This document shows, piece after piece, positions 1-14,744 of a stretch of 64,000 bases of DNA. The first letter of the stretch is position 1. Every line of letters begins with the position of its first letter. The notes under the pieces are model-generated. The model did not search any database. It worked only from the letters and a program-made list of their open reading frames with translations, and was not told the origin of the DNA. A program made the position numbers and the translations under genes. This DNA comes from Dictyostelium discoideum. Taxonomy: Eukaryota. The DNA lies in contig CM000151.3 in NCBI GenBank assembly GCA_000004695.1, positions 1,280,001 to 1,344,000 of the forward strand, written 5' to 3'.

Positions 1-1
1 T

Positions 2-712
2 AAAGTTTGTCGTAAGATGGTTGAACTCTTGGGTCATCCAACTATTGCCGTTCAAACACCAGCACTTCGTACCATTGGTAACATTGTAACTGGTGATGAT
101 AATCAAACCCAAATTGTATTAAGTGTTCAAGCTCTTTCACATCTCTTGAACCTCTTACAATCACCAAAGAGAGCCATTCGTAAAGAAGCCTGTTGGACCA
201 TCTCCAATATTACTGCAGGTGATAAAAATCAAATTCAACAAGTCATCGATGCCAATATCATTCCATCACTCGTTTATCTCTTGGCAAATGCTGAATTTGA
301 AATTCAAAAAGAAGCCGCTTGGGCCATCAGTAACGCTACCTCTTGTGGTACCCCTCAACAAATTCATTTCCTCGTTAGCCAAGGTTGTGTCAAACCATTA
401 TGTGATCTCCTCAAGGTTTCAGATCCACGTATTATCAATGTTGCACTCGAAGGTATTGAAAATATTTTAGTTGCTGGTAAAAAAGAAGCTCAAGTCACTG
501 GTGTCAATCCATACAAAAAGATCATCGAAGATGCTGATGGTCTTGGTAAAATCTATGATTTACAACATCATATGAACAAAGATACCTTTGAAAAAGTTTC
601 AAGAATTATCTCTACTTATTTGGAAGATGAACAAGAAGATGAAGGTGATCTCATGCCAGAAGGTTCTTCTTTCTCCTTTTCAAATCAAACAAATTCCAAT
701 TTTAACCTTTAA
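2..712 (+). CDS. importin-alpha (karyopherin-alpha), C-terminal portion; the 5' end is cut by the window edge
   Basis: The frame stays open from position 2 to TAA at 710-712. The sequence carries armadillo-repeat signatures ([36 protein letters not shown]) and an acidic tail EDEQEDEGD, as in importin-alpha ARM repeats 6-10. Confidence 0.85.
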   Translation, partial: KVCRKMVELLGHPTIAVQTPALRTIGNIVTGDDNQTQIVLSVQALSHLLNLLQSPKRAIRKEACWTISNITAGDKNQIQQVIDANIIPSLVYLLANAEFEIQKEAAWAISNATSCGTPQQIHFLVSQGCVKPLCDLLKVSDPRIINVALEGIENILVAGKKEAQVTGVNPYKKIIEDADGLGKIYDLQHHMNKDTFEKVSRIISTYLEDEQEDEGDLMPEGSSFSFSNQTNSNFNL

Positions 713-794
713 AAAAAAAAAAAATTTCTTTTTTTTTCTTTCAAAAAAACAAAAAAAAAAAAAAACATATAATTAATAATCACGCACATAAAAA

Positions 795-900
795 TTTAAA
801 TTTATTCACTCACTCACTCATTCACTCCTCACACTTCACCTCACTCCTCACGCTCACATTAATTCACTCACTCACACATCACTCCTCACGCATAATATAA
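795..900 (+). repeat. C-rich, strand-asymmetric (CACTCA)n-like block in the 3' flank of the importin-alpha gene
   Basis: ttcactcactcactcattcactcctcacacttcacctcactcctcacgctcacattaattcactcactcacacatcactcctcacgcat has no G on the plus strand and is about 45% C, against a background of under 10% C. The sub-unit cactcctcacgc occurs twice. Confidence 0.6.
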
Positions 901-1319
901 ATAATAATGATATAATTACTCTTTCTCTTTCTTCTCTTCTATCAAACATGTTTGTTTTATTATTAACATGTAAATTTCACCATTTCCCGTTCGACCATCT
1001 AATATATTAAATTAATAAAAGTAATATATTTAAAAAAATAACCATCTATTATTTAATCACTTTTATTTTTTCTTTTTTTCCTTCATTGTATTTTTAATTT
1101 ATTCTTTTTTAAAAAAGAAAAATAAATTATATAATTTATCTAAACAATTTTTTTCTTTTTTTTTTTTTTAAAGTTTTTTAGTTTATATATATCATTTATT
1201 TTTTTAGTTTCAAAGAAAAAAAAAAAAAGAAAAAATTGTTTAGATATTTATTACAAAATAATATCAAAGAGCTGATATTATCCAATGTTTATTTTTTTTA
1301 TTTTTTTTTTTAATAATTT

Positions 1320-1976
1320 TTATTCATATTTTGGAAGTTGTCTACGAGGATTTTCGCTATTTATGTTATCATAACCATCTCCATTGGAATTTTCACTATC
1401 ATTTCTCTCTATTTGTTCATTATTTTCTGAGGTAGTTGGGATGAATTCTATAAAAGAGATTATTAAAAAAAAAAAAAAAAAAAAAAAAAATGTTAGATAA
1501 AGTGAAAAAAAAAAAAAAAAAAAATTAAAGGAGGGAATATTACTTTCAGGTTTATAATAATCTTGATCAACTGGTAAATTACTGTTTGAGGAGATAGTTT
1601 CACTATTTGAAATTGATGTGGTTGGACTAAATTGAATTGAATTATTAACATTGTTTGAATTATAGTTGTTATAACTGCTGCTGGTGTTATTATTATTAAT
1701 ATTATTATTGTAATTATTATTATTGTTATTATTATTATAATTATATGGGAGTGATGATGGTGCTTGTTGGTATGGGTTTGGGTTTATTGGTAAATTATAG
1801 TTGTTATTAAAGTTGATATTTCTTCTACTTGGACCACTAGCACCACCATTACTGTAAATTTTGGAACCAGCACTTGATTGACCAACTTTGACTGGATTAC
1901 CATCAACTAAACCTCCATTCATACCTGCGATTGCTCTTACACATGATTCACTATCTTTATAATTAACAAATGCAAA

Positions 1977-2032
<56 letters not shown>

Positions 2033-2961
2033 GAAAATAATAAATAGGTTAATAATAATTATTTATAATTTATAAATAAAATAAAATAAAATAATTAAAT
2101 ACCCTCTAGAAGGAAATAATCTAATTGAAGTGATTTCACCAAATTCTTTAAAAATATTATTTAATGTTTGTTCTTGGGCTATTGGAGTTAGATCACCTAC
2201 AAAAATAGCGTTTGAATTATTTTTTGGTGAATATTCTCTTGGTTGGAAACCACCATTACTATTACCATTCCTAAAATTATTGCCACCACCACCACCACCA
2301 TATGGATGATATCCATTTGGACGGTTTGACCTATCAAAACCATTATTATTATTATTATTATTATTGTTATTATTATTGTTATTATTGTTGTTATTATATT
2401 TATTATCATTATTTTCACCATTTTCATAATTAAAAGGCGGTGGTTTATGTCTTTCTACCATACCATATGGTGATCCATTTCCATTTCCATTTCCATTTCC
2501 ATTTTCATTTCCATTTTTATAATTATTATTACTATTATTATAATTATTATTATTATTATTATTTCTATTATCATTCATTACTTGTTCTTCATATTCACCA
2601 TCTTCAAAGTTGGTTGTATTATCTGACCTAAACCTTTTAATTCCATCTCTTTCTTGGCCATTATGATTACTATTACTATTATTACAACTATTATTACCAT
2701 TACTATTATTAATATTTCCATTTGATATTGTTTTATTTATTGTCGGTCTTTTGAAACCAGTTGCTTTGTTATCACTTGAATTTGTGGGTTCTAATTTCTT
2801 TAATTATTAAAATAAAAAAATTATTAATAACTGAACATATATATGTATATTTATATTTATATTTAAATATAAAATCTATAAATAAATGAAGGAGATAAAA
2901 TAAAATAAAATAATAATAAAATAAAATTAATAATAAATTAAAAAGTTTTTGTTTTTATTTT

Positions 2962-3011
<50 letters not shown>

Positions 3012-3399
3012 ATGGTTTAAATAAAAAATTTGGGAGGGACAAAAAAAAAAAATAGATTAAAAAAAACAATAAATCGCGATTAAAAAAAAAAATTAAAAAA
3101 AAAAAAAAAATTAAATAAAAAAAAAAAAAAAAAAAAAAAAAAGCGGATGATTAAAAAACAAAATAAAAAGAAAAAAAGGTTTTTATTTTATTTATTGTTG
3201 TTTTTTTATTTGCTATTATTATTATTGTTATTATTGTCATTATTACTTTTGCCAATATTTTTTTAGCTTCATCTAATTTTAATCTTTGTTCATCTTCTTT
3301 TTCTTTCTTATCTTTTTCTAACTTTTTTTCAATTTCTTCATATTTTTGTTTTAATGACTTCTCTTTATCATCTAATGCTGCCGCTTTTTTAGAGCTCAT
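1320..3399 (-). CDS. RRM-domain RNA-binding protein, three exons: about 3399..3247, 2797..2104, 1978..1320
   Basis: Exon 1 starts at ATG 3399 (MSSKKAAALDDKEK..., a Lys/Glu-rich coiled segment) and ends at AAA|GTAATA. Exon 2 runs from a TAAAG acceptor through an Asn/Gly-rich region to RNP2 (IFVGDL) and ends PSRG|GTATTT. Exon 3 begins with RNP1 (GFAFVNY, after a poly-A intron ending AG) and continues to stop 1320-1322. The joined exons total 1506 nt, a multiple of 3, and the RRM is split by the intron between RNP2 and RNP1. Confidence 0.7.
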
Positions 3400-3406
3400 T
3401 TCTGCT

Positions 3407-3442
<36 letters not shown>

Positions 3443-3679
3443 TTAAGGTGAATGTTAATGTGTCAATAATAAAAAAAAAGAAAAAAAAAAAAAAAAAAAA
3501 AAATTTAAATAAAAAAAAAAAAAATTTAACGGTTTCAAAAAATTTAAATTTAATTCAAAAAAAAATAAAAAAAAAAAACAAATTTAATTCCAAAAAAAAA
3601 AAAAAAAATAAATAAAAAAAATTAAAAAATTAAAAAATATAATAATGAACAATGTTTTGAGATCAATGATTTTGTTTAA

Positions 3680-3713
<34 letters not shown>

Positions 3714-3863
3714 GTTTGTAATTATTATTTTAAAATGTGTCCAAATTGAAGTTTTTTTTTTTTTTATTATCTATTATTATTTTTTTTTTTTTTTGTTTCC
3801 TTTGAGAAATTTTTTTTTTTTTTTTTTTTTTTTTCCAGATTTTTTATTTTTTATTATCTATTA

Positions 3864-4679
3864 TTATTTTCTTTGGAAACCACCTCTACCCATTGGTCCA
3901 CCTGGTGGGAAACCTTGTGGTGGCATATTGTTGAAGTTTGGGCCACCTGGTGGGAAACCTTGTGGAGGGAAACCACCTCTACCCATTGGACCACCTGGTG
4001 GGAAACCTTGTGGTGGCATATTACCATTATTGAGATTTGGGCCACCCATTGGACCACCTGGTGGGAAACCTTGTGGTGGGAAACCACCTCTACCTATTGG
4101 ACCACCTGGTGGGAAACCTTGTGGTGGACCGCCATTATTGTTATTTGGATTATTATTGAAAGCACCTTGTGGTGATGGGCCACCTGGTGGGAAGCCTTGT
4201 GGAGGGAAACCACCTCTTCCCATTGGTGGTGGAACACCGCCACCTGGCATCATTGAATGTGGAGCTGGACCACCAACACCTCTAACTGGACCAGTCAAAC
4301 CTGACATTGGTCCACTACCACCCATACCCATACCACCCATTGGCATACCTCTACCAACGGCTCTACCAATACCAGGACCACCTGGAATTTGTGGTGGCAT
4401 CTTTGAGGTTGCTGCTAATTTGGCTTCCTCTGGTGGTGGTGCCTCAACTGACATTGAAACCACAGTTTCACCTCTAATTAAAATCATACCCAATGTTCTC
4501 TTTTCTTCTCTATCCTCTTTACCTTTTTGTCTAATTCTTCTAAATTCCTCTGCGTCACAAATAACAACATTCATATGTTTATCAAATGCTAAAAATCTAC
4601 CAACAATAACTCTACCATCTTGAATTGTTACTCTCATTCTATAATTAATGTATTGTAACATTTTACTACTTTTGGGCAT
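3864..4679 (-). CDS. snrpB: small nuclear ribonucleoprotein SmB/B' (Sm core protein), single exon
   Basis: ATG at 4679-4677. The N-terminal Sm fold [49 protein letters not shown]...[25 protein letters not shown] closely matches human SmB ([51 protein letters not shown]). It is followed by a Gly/Pro/Met-rich C-terminal tail with repeated [12 protein letters not shown] units. Confidence 0.85.
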   Translation of the reverse strand: MPKSSKMLQYINYRMRVTIQDGRVIVGRFLAFDKHMNVVICDAEEFRRIRQKGKEDREEKRTLGMILIRGETVVSMSVEAPPPEEAKLAATSKMPPQIPGGPGIGRAVGRGMPMGGMGMGGSGPMSGLTGPVRGVGGPAPHSMMPGGGVPPPMGRGGFPPQGFPPGGPSPQGAFNNNPNNNNGGPPQGFPPGGPIGRGGFPPQGFPPGGPMGGPNLNNGNMPPQGFPPGGPMGRGGFPPQGFPPGGPNFNNMPPQGFPPGGPMGRGGFQRK

Positions 4680-5050
4680 ACCACTCTATATTTTTTTTTT
4701 TTTTTTGTTTTTTTGTTTTTTTGTTTTTTTGGTTTTTTTTTTAATATTATATAATAGTTTATAAATATAAATTAGTAAAAATATATTTATATTAATTTTT
4801 TTTTAAAAAAAAGTATTTACCATTTTGTGTGTATATATATATTGTGGTGTTTGGGATTTGTTTTTTTCGGGAGTTTTTTTAGTTTGGTATTTTTTTTTTT
4901 TTTTTTATATTAATTTAAGATTATAGTATAAATAAAATAATCTAACAAAAATTTCTAAAATGAATCTAATTTAAAATTAAAAATAGATTAAAAATAGGGT
5001 TTTATATATTTGTGTTTTAATGAACCGATCAATGAAATCAAAAAACAATA

Positions 5051-5083
<33 letters not shown>

Positions 5084-5358
5084 ATGAAAAAGTGAATTTT
5101 TTTTTTTTAAAAAAAAAAATAAAAATAAAATAACCTAATTGATGAAATTTTTCATATGCAAAAAAAAAAAAAAAAGAAAGATATATTTTTTGAACAGTGT
5201 GTGAAAAAAAAGATATATAAGTGTTTAGATAATTAGAAAAAAAAAAAAAAGAAAATTTTTAAAAGAGTGTTTAGATAATTAGAGAAAAAAAAAAAAAAAA
5301 ACAGGAAAAAAAAAAACCTTTTACTTTATTACTTTTTTTTTTTTTTTTTTTTTTTAAT

Positions 5359-6321
5359 TTAATTTAATTCAGCAATCATACATCTAATACCACCACCACC
5401 AACAGATTGAATTGTTGGAATTTCACGAGTAATGAAACCACCATTACAATTTTTAGAGATGATATCTTTTTGAGAATCAGTGAAAGCATCAAAAGAAGAT
5501 TTTGAACAAACCAAGAATTGATCACCTTTTTCATTTTGAACTTCAATGACATTACCACAGAAATTGTTTACTTGATCTTTAGAGATATCAATGATGGTAT
5601 GAGTTTTTGAGAGAGTTGATTGAACGAGTTCTCTTTCTTGTGGATTTGGAATTGAGTCTAAACAGATGACAGCAATCTTTGTACCAATTGCCATGATTAC
5701 ATTTGTATGATAAACGATTTTATCGTTTGAGTCTAATGATTGGAATGAAATTAAATTGTAGCCTAGCTTATCACACCATTCTTGAGCCAATTCTTTATTT
5801 GATCTTTGTGAGATACAAATGTATGCATTCTTATTGACCCTATCCAACACGAATGAGCCAGTACCTTCTAAAAATTTATTTTCATTCTCGTAATGTGTCA
5901 AATCGATTATGTCCAAAAGATCTTCAGAATGACGAGATTTAAGATATTCGATAATATTTGATCTTCTCTCTAATCTACGATTTGGGTGACACATTGGGTA
6001 TAAGACTAAAGTATTCTTACCGCCACTGCATCCATTAACATTTGACATTTCCTCTACTGAATGTGTTGAGAACCAATTGTTTGGGAATAAACAATCTGGT
6101 GTTTCAATACCATCACCTCTTGGTTGAAACAATTTAACATTTACTCCTTTTTCAATCAATGCTTCATAATATCTTGTAAATTCTTGAACTCCCATCTTAT
6201 GAACATCAATTGATTCCTCTGGTTTATTCATAAATGTATTATCATTAATTGCTTGTGCATTACTCTCAAAATGAGTTGGTTCAACCATTAAAATTGATTT
6301 ACTTGATTGTTGTCTTGACAT
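5359..6321 (-). CDS. amidinotransferase-superfamily enzyme (arginine deiminase / DDAH / citrulline-utilisation hydrolase-like fold), single exon
   Basis: 320-aa ORF starting at ATG 6321. The C-terminal motif SVGGGGIRCMIAEL resembles the catalytic Cys loop of the amidinotransferase/guanidino-modifying superfamily. A His- and Asp-containing core (LDSND, VYHTNVIM) is also present. There are no low-complexity insertions. Confidence 0.65.
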   Translation of the reverse strand: MSRQQSSKSILMVEPTHFESNAQAINDNTFMNKPEESIDVHKMGVQEFTRYYEALIEKGVNVKLFQPRGDGIETPDCLFPNNWFSTHSVEEMSNVNGCSGGKNTLVLYPMCHPNRRLERRSNIIEYLKSRHSEDLLDIIDLTHYENENKFLEGTGSFVLDRVNKNAYICISQRSNKELAQEWCDKLGYNLISFQSLDSNDKIVYHTNVIMAIGTKIAVICLDSIPNPQERELVQSTLSKTHTIIDISKDQVNNFCGNVIEVQNEKGDQFLVCSKSSFDAFTDSQKDIISKNCNGGFITREIPTIQSVGGGGIRCMIAELN

Positions 6322-6360
6322 TATTTATTTTTACAAAAAACTATTATATATATATTACTG

Positions 6361-6415
<55 letters not shown>

Positions 6416-6461
6416 AAAAAAAAATGAATAAAAAAAAAAAAAAAAAAACTATACAAAATTT

Positions 6462-6511
<50 letters not shown>

Positions 6512-7156
6512 AAAAAAAACAACAATTCTAACCGGTTTGAAATTTCGACCAGAGTCTATACAAAAACTTAAATTAGACCCATATCTCCTAATTATTTTAA
6601 AATTTTTTTTTTTTATTTTTTTAAATTAGATTTAAAATTTTTAAACATATTTTTTTTATTTTTTAAGAAATTAAATTTTTTATTATTTTTATTTTTATTT
6701 TTATTTTTATTTTTTTTTTTTTTTTTTTTTTTTCTTTTTAACCCCCGATTAAAATGTATTTCTATTATTTATTAATATTAAATAATTAAATTAAAAAAAG
6801 ATATTTTTAAAAAAAAAAATAAAACAAAATAATTTTTTTTCTTATAAACTACTCACTTTTAAATTTTTTTTTTTTTTTTTTTTTTTTTATAAAATTATCA
6901 AATAATCTGATTGATCATTTATTAATAAATTAGTTTTTTAATTTTAATTTTTTTTATTTTTTATTTTTTTTTTTTTCGTTTTGTTCGTTCATAAAAAAAA
7001 AAAAAAAAAAAATGAAAATAAAATTTTTTAATTTCTCCTTTTCACCCCTCAAATAAAATAAAATAAAATAAAAATTTTTTTTTTTTTTATTTAAAAAATA
7101 ATAATAATAATAAACTTTAATATATTTATATAAATATATACTTTTAAAATAAAAAA

Positions 7157-8101
7157 ATGAGTATTTTTACACCTGTAAATAATAAAACACTTACGAATAT
7201 AGTTGTTGTAAGATATAAAAAGGGAGCTGCTAAATTCGAAATTGCATGTTACCCATCAAAAGTACAATCTTATAGATCAAAAATGTAATTATTTATTTTA
7301 CTTTATCCTATTATTTTTTATAAATAATTGTTATTAATAAATTATTCATTTATTTATTATTTTATTATTTTTTTATTATTTATTATTTTTTTTTTATAAA
7401 ATAGTGAAAAAGATTTAAATGAAGTAATTCAAATTCATAGAATTTTTACAAATGTATCAAAAGGTATTATTGCGAAAAAGGATGAATTAATTAAAGCATT
7501 TGGAACAGATAACGAACAAGAGATTATATTATTGATTTTAGAAAAAGGTGAATTACAAGTTTCATCAAAAGAGAGAGATAACCAATCAGAGCAGACATTT
7601 AAGGATATAGCAACCATTGTGGCAGAGAAATGTGTAAATACAGAGACCCAACGTCCAATTCCAGTATCGATCATTGAAAAGGCAATGAAAGACGTCCACT
7701 ACTCAATTCACCCAACTAAATCATCCAAACAACAATCATTAGAAGTTATTAAACAAATCTCATCAGTTATTCCAATTCAAAGAGCACAAATGAGATTAAA
7801 TATTACAATTCCAACTAAAGAATCTAAAACTTTAAATCGTGATAAATTGATGGTTTTAGTTTCAAAAATTGAAGAAGAAGATCGTGATGGTGGTGGTTTA
7901 TCAATCGTTTGTTTAGTTGATCCCGGTTCATATAGAAAAATAGATGAATTAATAAAACAAGAAACTAAAGGTAAAGGTTTTATTGATATCATAAATTTAG
8001 CTGTTGCAAAAGAAGGTGAAACTAAAATTAATGAAACTGGTAAATCTGCTCCAACCTCCACCACCACTACTACCACCACCACAACTTCATCTTCAAAATA
8101 A
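7157..8101 (+). CDS. sbds: SBDS (Shwachman-Bodian-Diamond syndrome protein) ribosome-maturation factor; two exons, about 7157..7284 and 7405..8101
   Basis: Exon 1 MSIFTPVNNKTLTNIVVVRYKKGAAKFEIACYPSKVQSYRSK ends at AT|GTAATT. Exon 2 begins after ATAG, continuing EKDLNEVIQIHRIFTNVSKG...LEKGELQVSSKERDNQSEQTFKDIATIVAEKCVNTETQRPIPVSIIEKAMKD...SIVCLVDPGSYRKIDELIKQETKGKG. This is near-colinear with human SBDS ([42 protein letters not shown]...). The protein ends in a poly-Thr tail and TAA. Confidence 0.9.
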
Positions 8102-8190
8102 AAATAAATAAAAAAAAAAAAAAAAAAAAAACAAATTCCCAAGAATACAATTTATTTTAATTTTTTTTTTTTTTATAAATTTTATTTAAA

Positions 8191-8212
8191 TTAAGTTTGT
8201 ACATTTTCATTC

Positions 8213-8259
<47 letters not shown>

Positions 8260-8865
8260 ATTATTTAAATCATTTGTATTGTTACTACTACTACTATTAA
8301 AATTTGGTTTAAAAGGACTATTATTATTACTTGGGATATTTGTACTATTAATATCAAAACTATTATTTTTTGTATTTTCGAAATGAGTTAGCAATGAACC
8401 TGTGGGTGTTGAATTACTGTTGTTGTTGTTGTTATTATTATTATTATTGTTACTTCCACAACTACTAATAATATCTAATGGAGGTGAAGAAGTTTTAAAA
8501 TCACTTAAATTTGTAAAAGAATTTTGATGTTTTAAAACTGGTGAAGTCGGTGTACCTATATCTTGTCCATTTGATGAAACATTACCACCATTTGATTTTA
8601 TTTTAAAATTTGAAATTCTTGTCTCTAAATCTGTAACTAAATTAATTAGATCATTTACAACCACCAATGAACTTGCCCTTGATGATGATGCTGTATCCTC
8701 TGTTCTTTGTCTTTGTGATTTTTGTGCTCTTGGTATATTATATGCTGTTGGATTTTCACGTTTTATATTTATACTCTTTTCGCCATTCGATTTACCATTA
8801 ATACTATTTGATGCTGAACTTGGTTTTCTTTCTCTAACTGATAATTCATGTCTTAAATCTATAAA

Positions 8866-8944
<79 letters not shown>

Positions 8945-9623
8945 GGTAGTAGTACCAAAAATTAGTCAAACCTATCTAAATAAATTGTATTTTGTTTGTT
9001 TGCCTGTTTAATTACCTCTAATATCATCTCTTAATCTTTGAATTGTTTCATCTGCAACTTGTTTTGATTCTTCTAATTCACTTTGCATCCAAACGTTTTC
9101 TTCCATTACTCTATCTAATTTATCGGAAAGATCTATAACTGATGCTGAAGAGTTTCTTTCTCTTCTTTCTAATGAATCATTATCTTGTTCTAATCTTCTT
9201 TTATCCTCTAATAATGATTGTTTCGTTGTTTGTAATTTTGTTACTTCATCCTGTAAACTATTTATTAATTTTGATGATTCTTTATTTGTCGTATTTAATT
9301 TATCTACAATTGTTTCATGATCATTTTTTAATCGCCTAAATTATATATGGGTATATATGGATATAAGTAATCAATTTTTATTTTTATTTTTTTCAATTTT
9401 ATCTTTTAACATACGCATATTGTGAAGCTAAATCTGCACATTTTTTTTCACAGATTCTTAATTCATCTTCCATTTCTTCTTCTAATTGTTTTGAAAAATC
9501 TTGAAATTCAGTAAATGTCGTCTCTAAATCGTCCATCTCTTGTTGTTTATCTTCTACTCTCTTTTTCCAATATTGAATCTCTTCTTGAGGTGTTGTAAAT
9601 ATAGGTATCTCTGTTGATGCCAT
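8191..9623 (-). CDS. NudE / NDEL1 family protein (dynein and LIS1 regulator); three exons, about 9623..9415, 9335..9016, 8858..8191
   Basis: ATG at 9623. Exon 1 reads MASTEIPIFTTPQEEIQYWKKRVEDKQQEMDDLETTFTEFQDF...QYA (compare NDEL1 [30 protein letters not shown]). Exon 2 continues RLKNDHETIVDKLN...ERRERNSSASVIDLSDKLDRVMEENVWMQSELEESKQVADETIQRLRDDIR (compare NDEL1 ...[39 protein letters not shown]). Exon 3 reads DLRHELSVRERKP followed by a Ser/Asn-rich tail. The joined length is 1197 nt, a multiple of 3. Intron 2 contains an (AAT)n tract. Confidence 0.8.
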
Positions 9624-10468
9624 TTTATTTTATCTTTTTATTTTATATATAATGTGGTTTATTTTTATTATTGTTGTTGTAATTGAAATAAATAAATAAA
9701 TAAATTAATTAATTAAATTCAACCTTTTTTTTTTTTTAACAAATAAAATTTATAAAAAAAAAAAAAAAATTTAAAATAAATAAAAGAAAATTTTTTTTAA
9801 TTTTAAAAAAAAAAAATAATTGTTGTTCTTGAAATGGTAAATTATATGTGTGTTTGATTGTGTGTTGTGTGTGGTGTGGGTTTTTATTGTATGTGCCTTT
9901 ATGAGGGTTGATGTGATTTTTTTTTTTTTTTCTATTAAAAAAAAATTGTGTGAAGTTTGGGTAGTGGTGAGTTATTCTTTTTTTTTATTTATTTATTTGT
10001 TCTTTATCTCTTTTTTTGACTTTTGACTTTTTTTCTTTTTTTCTTTCTTTTTATTTATTTTCCCTATAACAATATTATCACTATTGCCTAATTATTTTTC
10101 TAATTATTTGTTATTATTTTATTATATTATAATAAATTTTTTTTTAGAACCACTTTTTTTTTTACCACATGGGGTATTGTAATTAAACAAAATATGGGTT
10201 TTGTATAAAAAAAACTCCAAAAAAAAAAAAAAAAAAAAAAACTAAAAAAAAAAAAAAATTTATAAAAAAAAAAAAAAATAAAAAAATAAAAAAATTGATA
10301 AAAAAAAAATTTCAAATCAAATTTCTGTCTTCCAAAAAAAGAAATTATTAATTTTCTGGAAAACCAATGGATTCATGGTTTTCTTTTTTTTTTTTTTTTT
10401 TTTTTTTATTGTTTCATTTTTAGAGATTTTATTTTATTTATACAATTAATTTTTTTTTCTTTTTTTTT

Positions 10469-12193
<1,725 letters not shown>

Positions 12194-12686
12194 GGTTCAA
12201 CAACTAATTTTTATATTCTTTTTTTATTATTTATTTATTTATTTGTATTTATTTTATACATATATAAAATAAAAAAAATTAAAATGATTAAAAAATAAAA
12301 AAAATGATTGAATGTGGACTAAGACTCTTTGTGGATAGTTTTAAAAAAAAAAAAAAATAAAAAAAAAAAAAAAATAAAAAAACTGAAAAACGCAAATTTG
12401 TGTTAGATAGATATTTTTTTTTTTTTTTTTTTTTTAGATTTTTAATCCAAAAACAAAACAACCTAAATATTTGAATTACACTAAAATTATTTTTTTTTTT
12501 TTTTTTTCTATCTACAAAATTTTATTACAATATTATTTTATTTTATTTTTTTTATTTTTTTGGGGATTATTTATTAGTGTACTACAATTATTGGTAATTA
12601 ATAAATAATAAATATTAATAATGATGAATTTGGTTAATAAAGGTAAAAATAATAAATTCAAACACTCAAAAAGAAATAAAAATAAA

Positions 12687-12720
<34 letters not shown>

Positions 12721-12722
12721 AC

Positions 12723-12935
12723 CTTTTTTATAATATATTTTAAACTAGTATAACCCTTTTTTACTAAAAATTTTATATGTTCTTGATCAGTTTCATATTT
12801 GTGACCCTCAAAATGTTCACGTGTAAAAGTCCAATAATAATTTTGTGCTGGTTTTGGTAATTTTTGATTAATCGATCTTACTATAGTTCTATACAATGCT
12901 AATGATGCTGGAGAAATTGTATTGGGTTGACCCAT
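12723..12935 (-). CDS. LYR-motif (Complex1_LYR family) small mitochondrial protein; exon 1, possibly followed by a 4-codon terminal exon near 12580
   Basis: MGQPNTISPASLALYRTIVRSINQKLPKPAQNYYWTFTREHFEGHKYETDQEHIKFLVKKGYTSLKYIIKK carries the L-Y-R tripeptide and downstream basic/Phe pattern of LYRM proteins. The ORF then runs into a GTAATTTTTTATTTT donor and an (ATAAAA)n intron-like tract. A phase-0 acceptor TTGTAG near 12585 would add YTNK and a stop. Confidence 0.5.
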
Positions 12936-13360
12936 TTTCGGTTTATTTGGGTATTTTTTTTTTTTTGTTATTTAAATTTATTCTTATTATAGGTGCTGAT
13001 GTATTTGGAATTTTTTGAAATGAAATTAAAAAAAAAAATTAAAAAAGTAAAAAATAAAATTTTAAAAAAAAAAAAAAAAAAAAAAAAGGATTATTTTAAA
13101 AATTTAAAAATATATAAATATATAAAGGCTGATTCACAAATTATTGTCAAAATTAATTTTTCTAAACACTTTGCCCACAAATGAAAATATCTTTTTAAAG
13201 AATATTATGCTTGTTTTGGTATGATTTCCCAATATTTTATTTTATTTTATTTTATTTTATTTTTTTTTTTTTTTTTTTCGACAATTTTTTTTTTTATTTT
13301 ATTTTATTTTTTTTTTTTTTTAATTTTCATTTCAACCATAACGACCAAAACAAAAAAAAA

Positions 13361-14394
<1,034 letters not shown>

Positions 14395-14566
14395 ATATAA
14401 AATGTTTATTTAAATAAATAAAAAAAAAAAAAACTAATTATCTCATAAAATGTTTAAAAAAAAAAAAAAAAAAAATCTAATTTATTTACTCGATCAAAAG
14501 ATTGATCAAAATAATTTTATTTTTTTATTTTTATTTATAATTTTATTCCAATTTGGAAATGTTTTT

Positions 14567-14608
<42 letters not shown>

Positions 14609-14744
14609 TTTTTTTTTTTTTTTTTTTAATTTTTCATTTTCAAATTTTTTTCATTTTTTTTTTTTAATTACAGTTACAGTTAGACGCAATCAAAAATATA
14701 AAAACACACTTTTTTTTTTTTTTTTTTTTTTTTTTTTGTAAAAT

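Noticed and set aside
2197-2631. ORFs 2197..2427 (-) and 2440..2631 (+) within the RRM gene
   Set aside because: Alternative-frame readings of (AAT)n and (GGAAAT)n coding repeats (poly-Ile, poly-Tyr/His/Phe).
3793-4623. Plus-strand ORFs (276 aa and 100 aa) overlapping the SmB gene
   Set aside because: They are mirror-strand and alternative-frame readings of the Gly/Pro repeat ([13 protein letters not shown]) of snrpB. The composition ([15 protein letters not shown]) is a repeat artefact with no start context or homology.
7532-7532. ORF-track start positions taken as real initiation codons (for example 7532, 25867, 52799, 8958)
   Set aside because: These 'M' residues are TTG (or other non-ATG) codons internal to larger exons. 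Gene starts were re-derived from ATG plus homology and splice phase.
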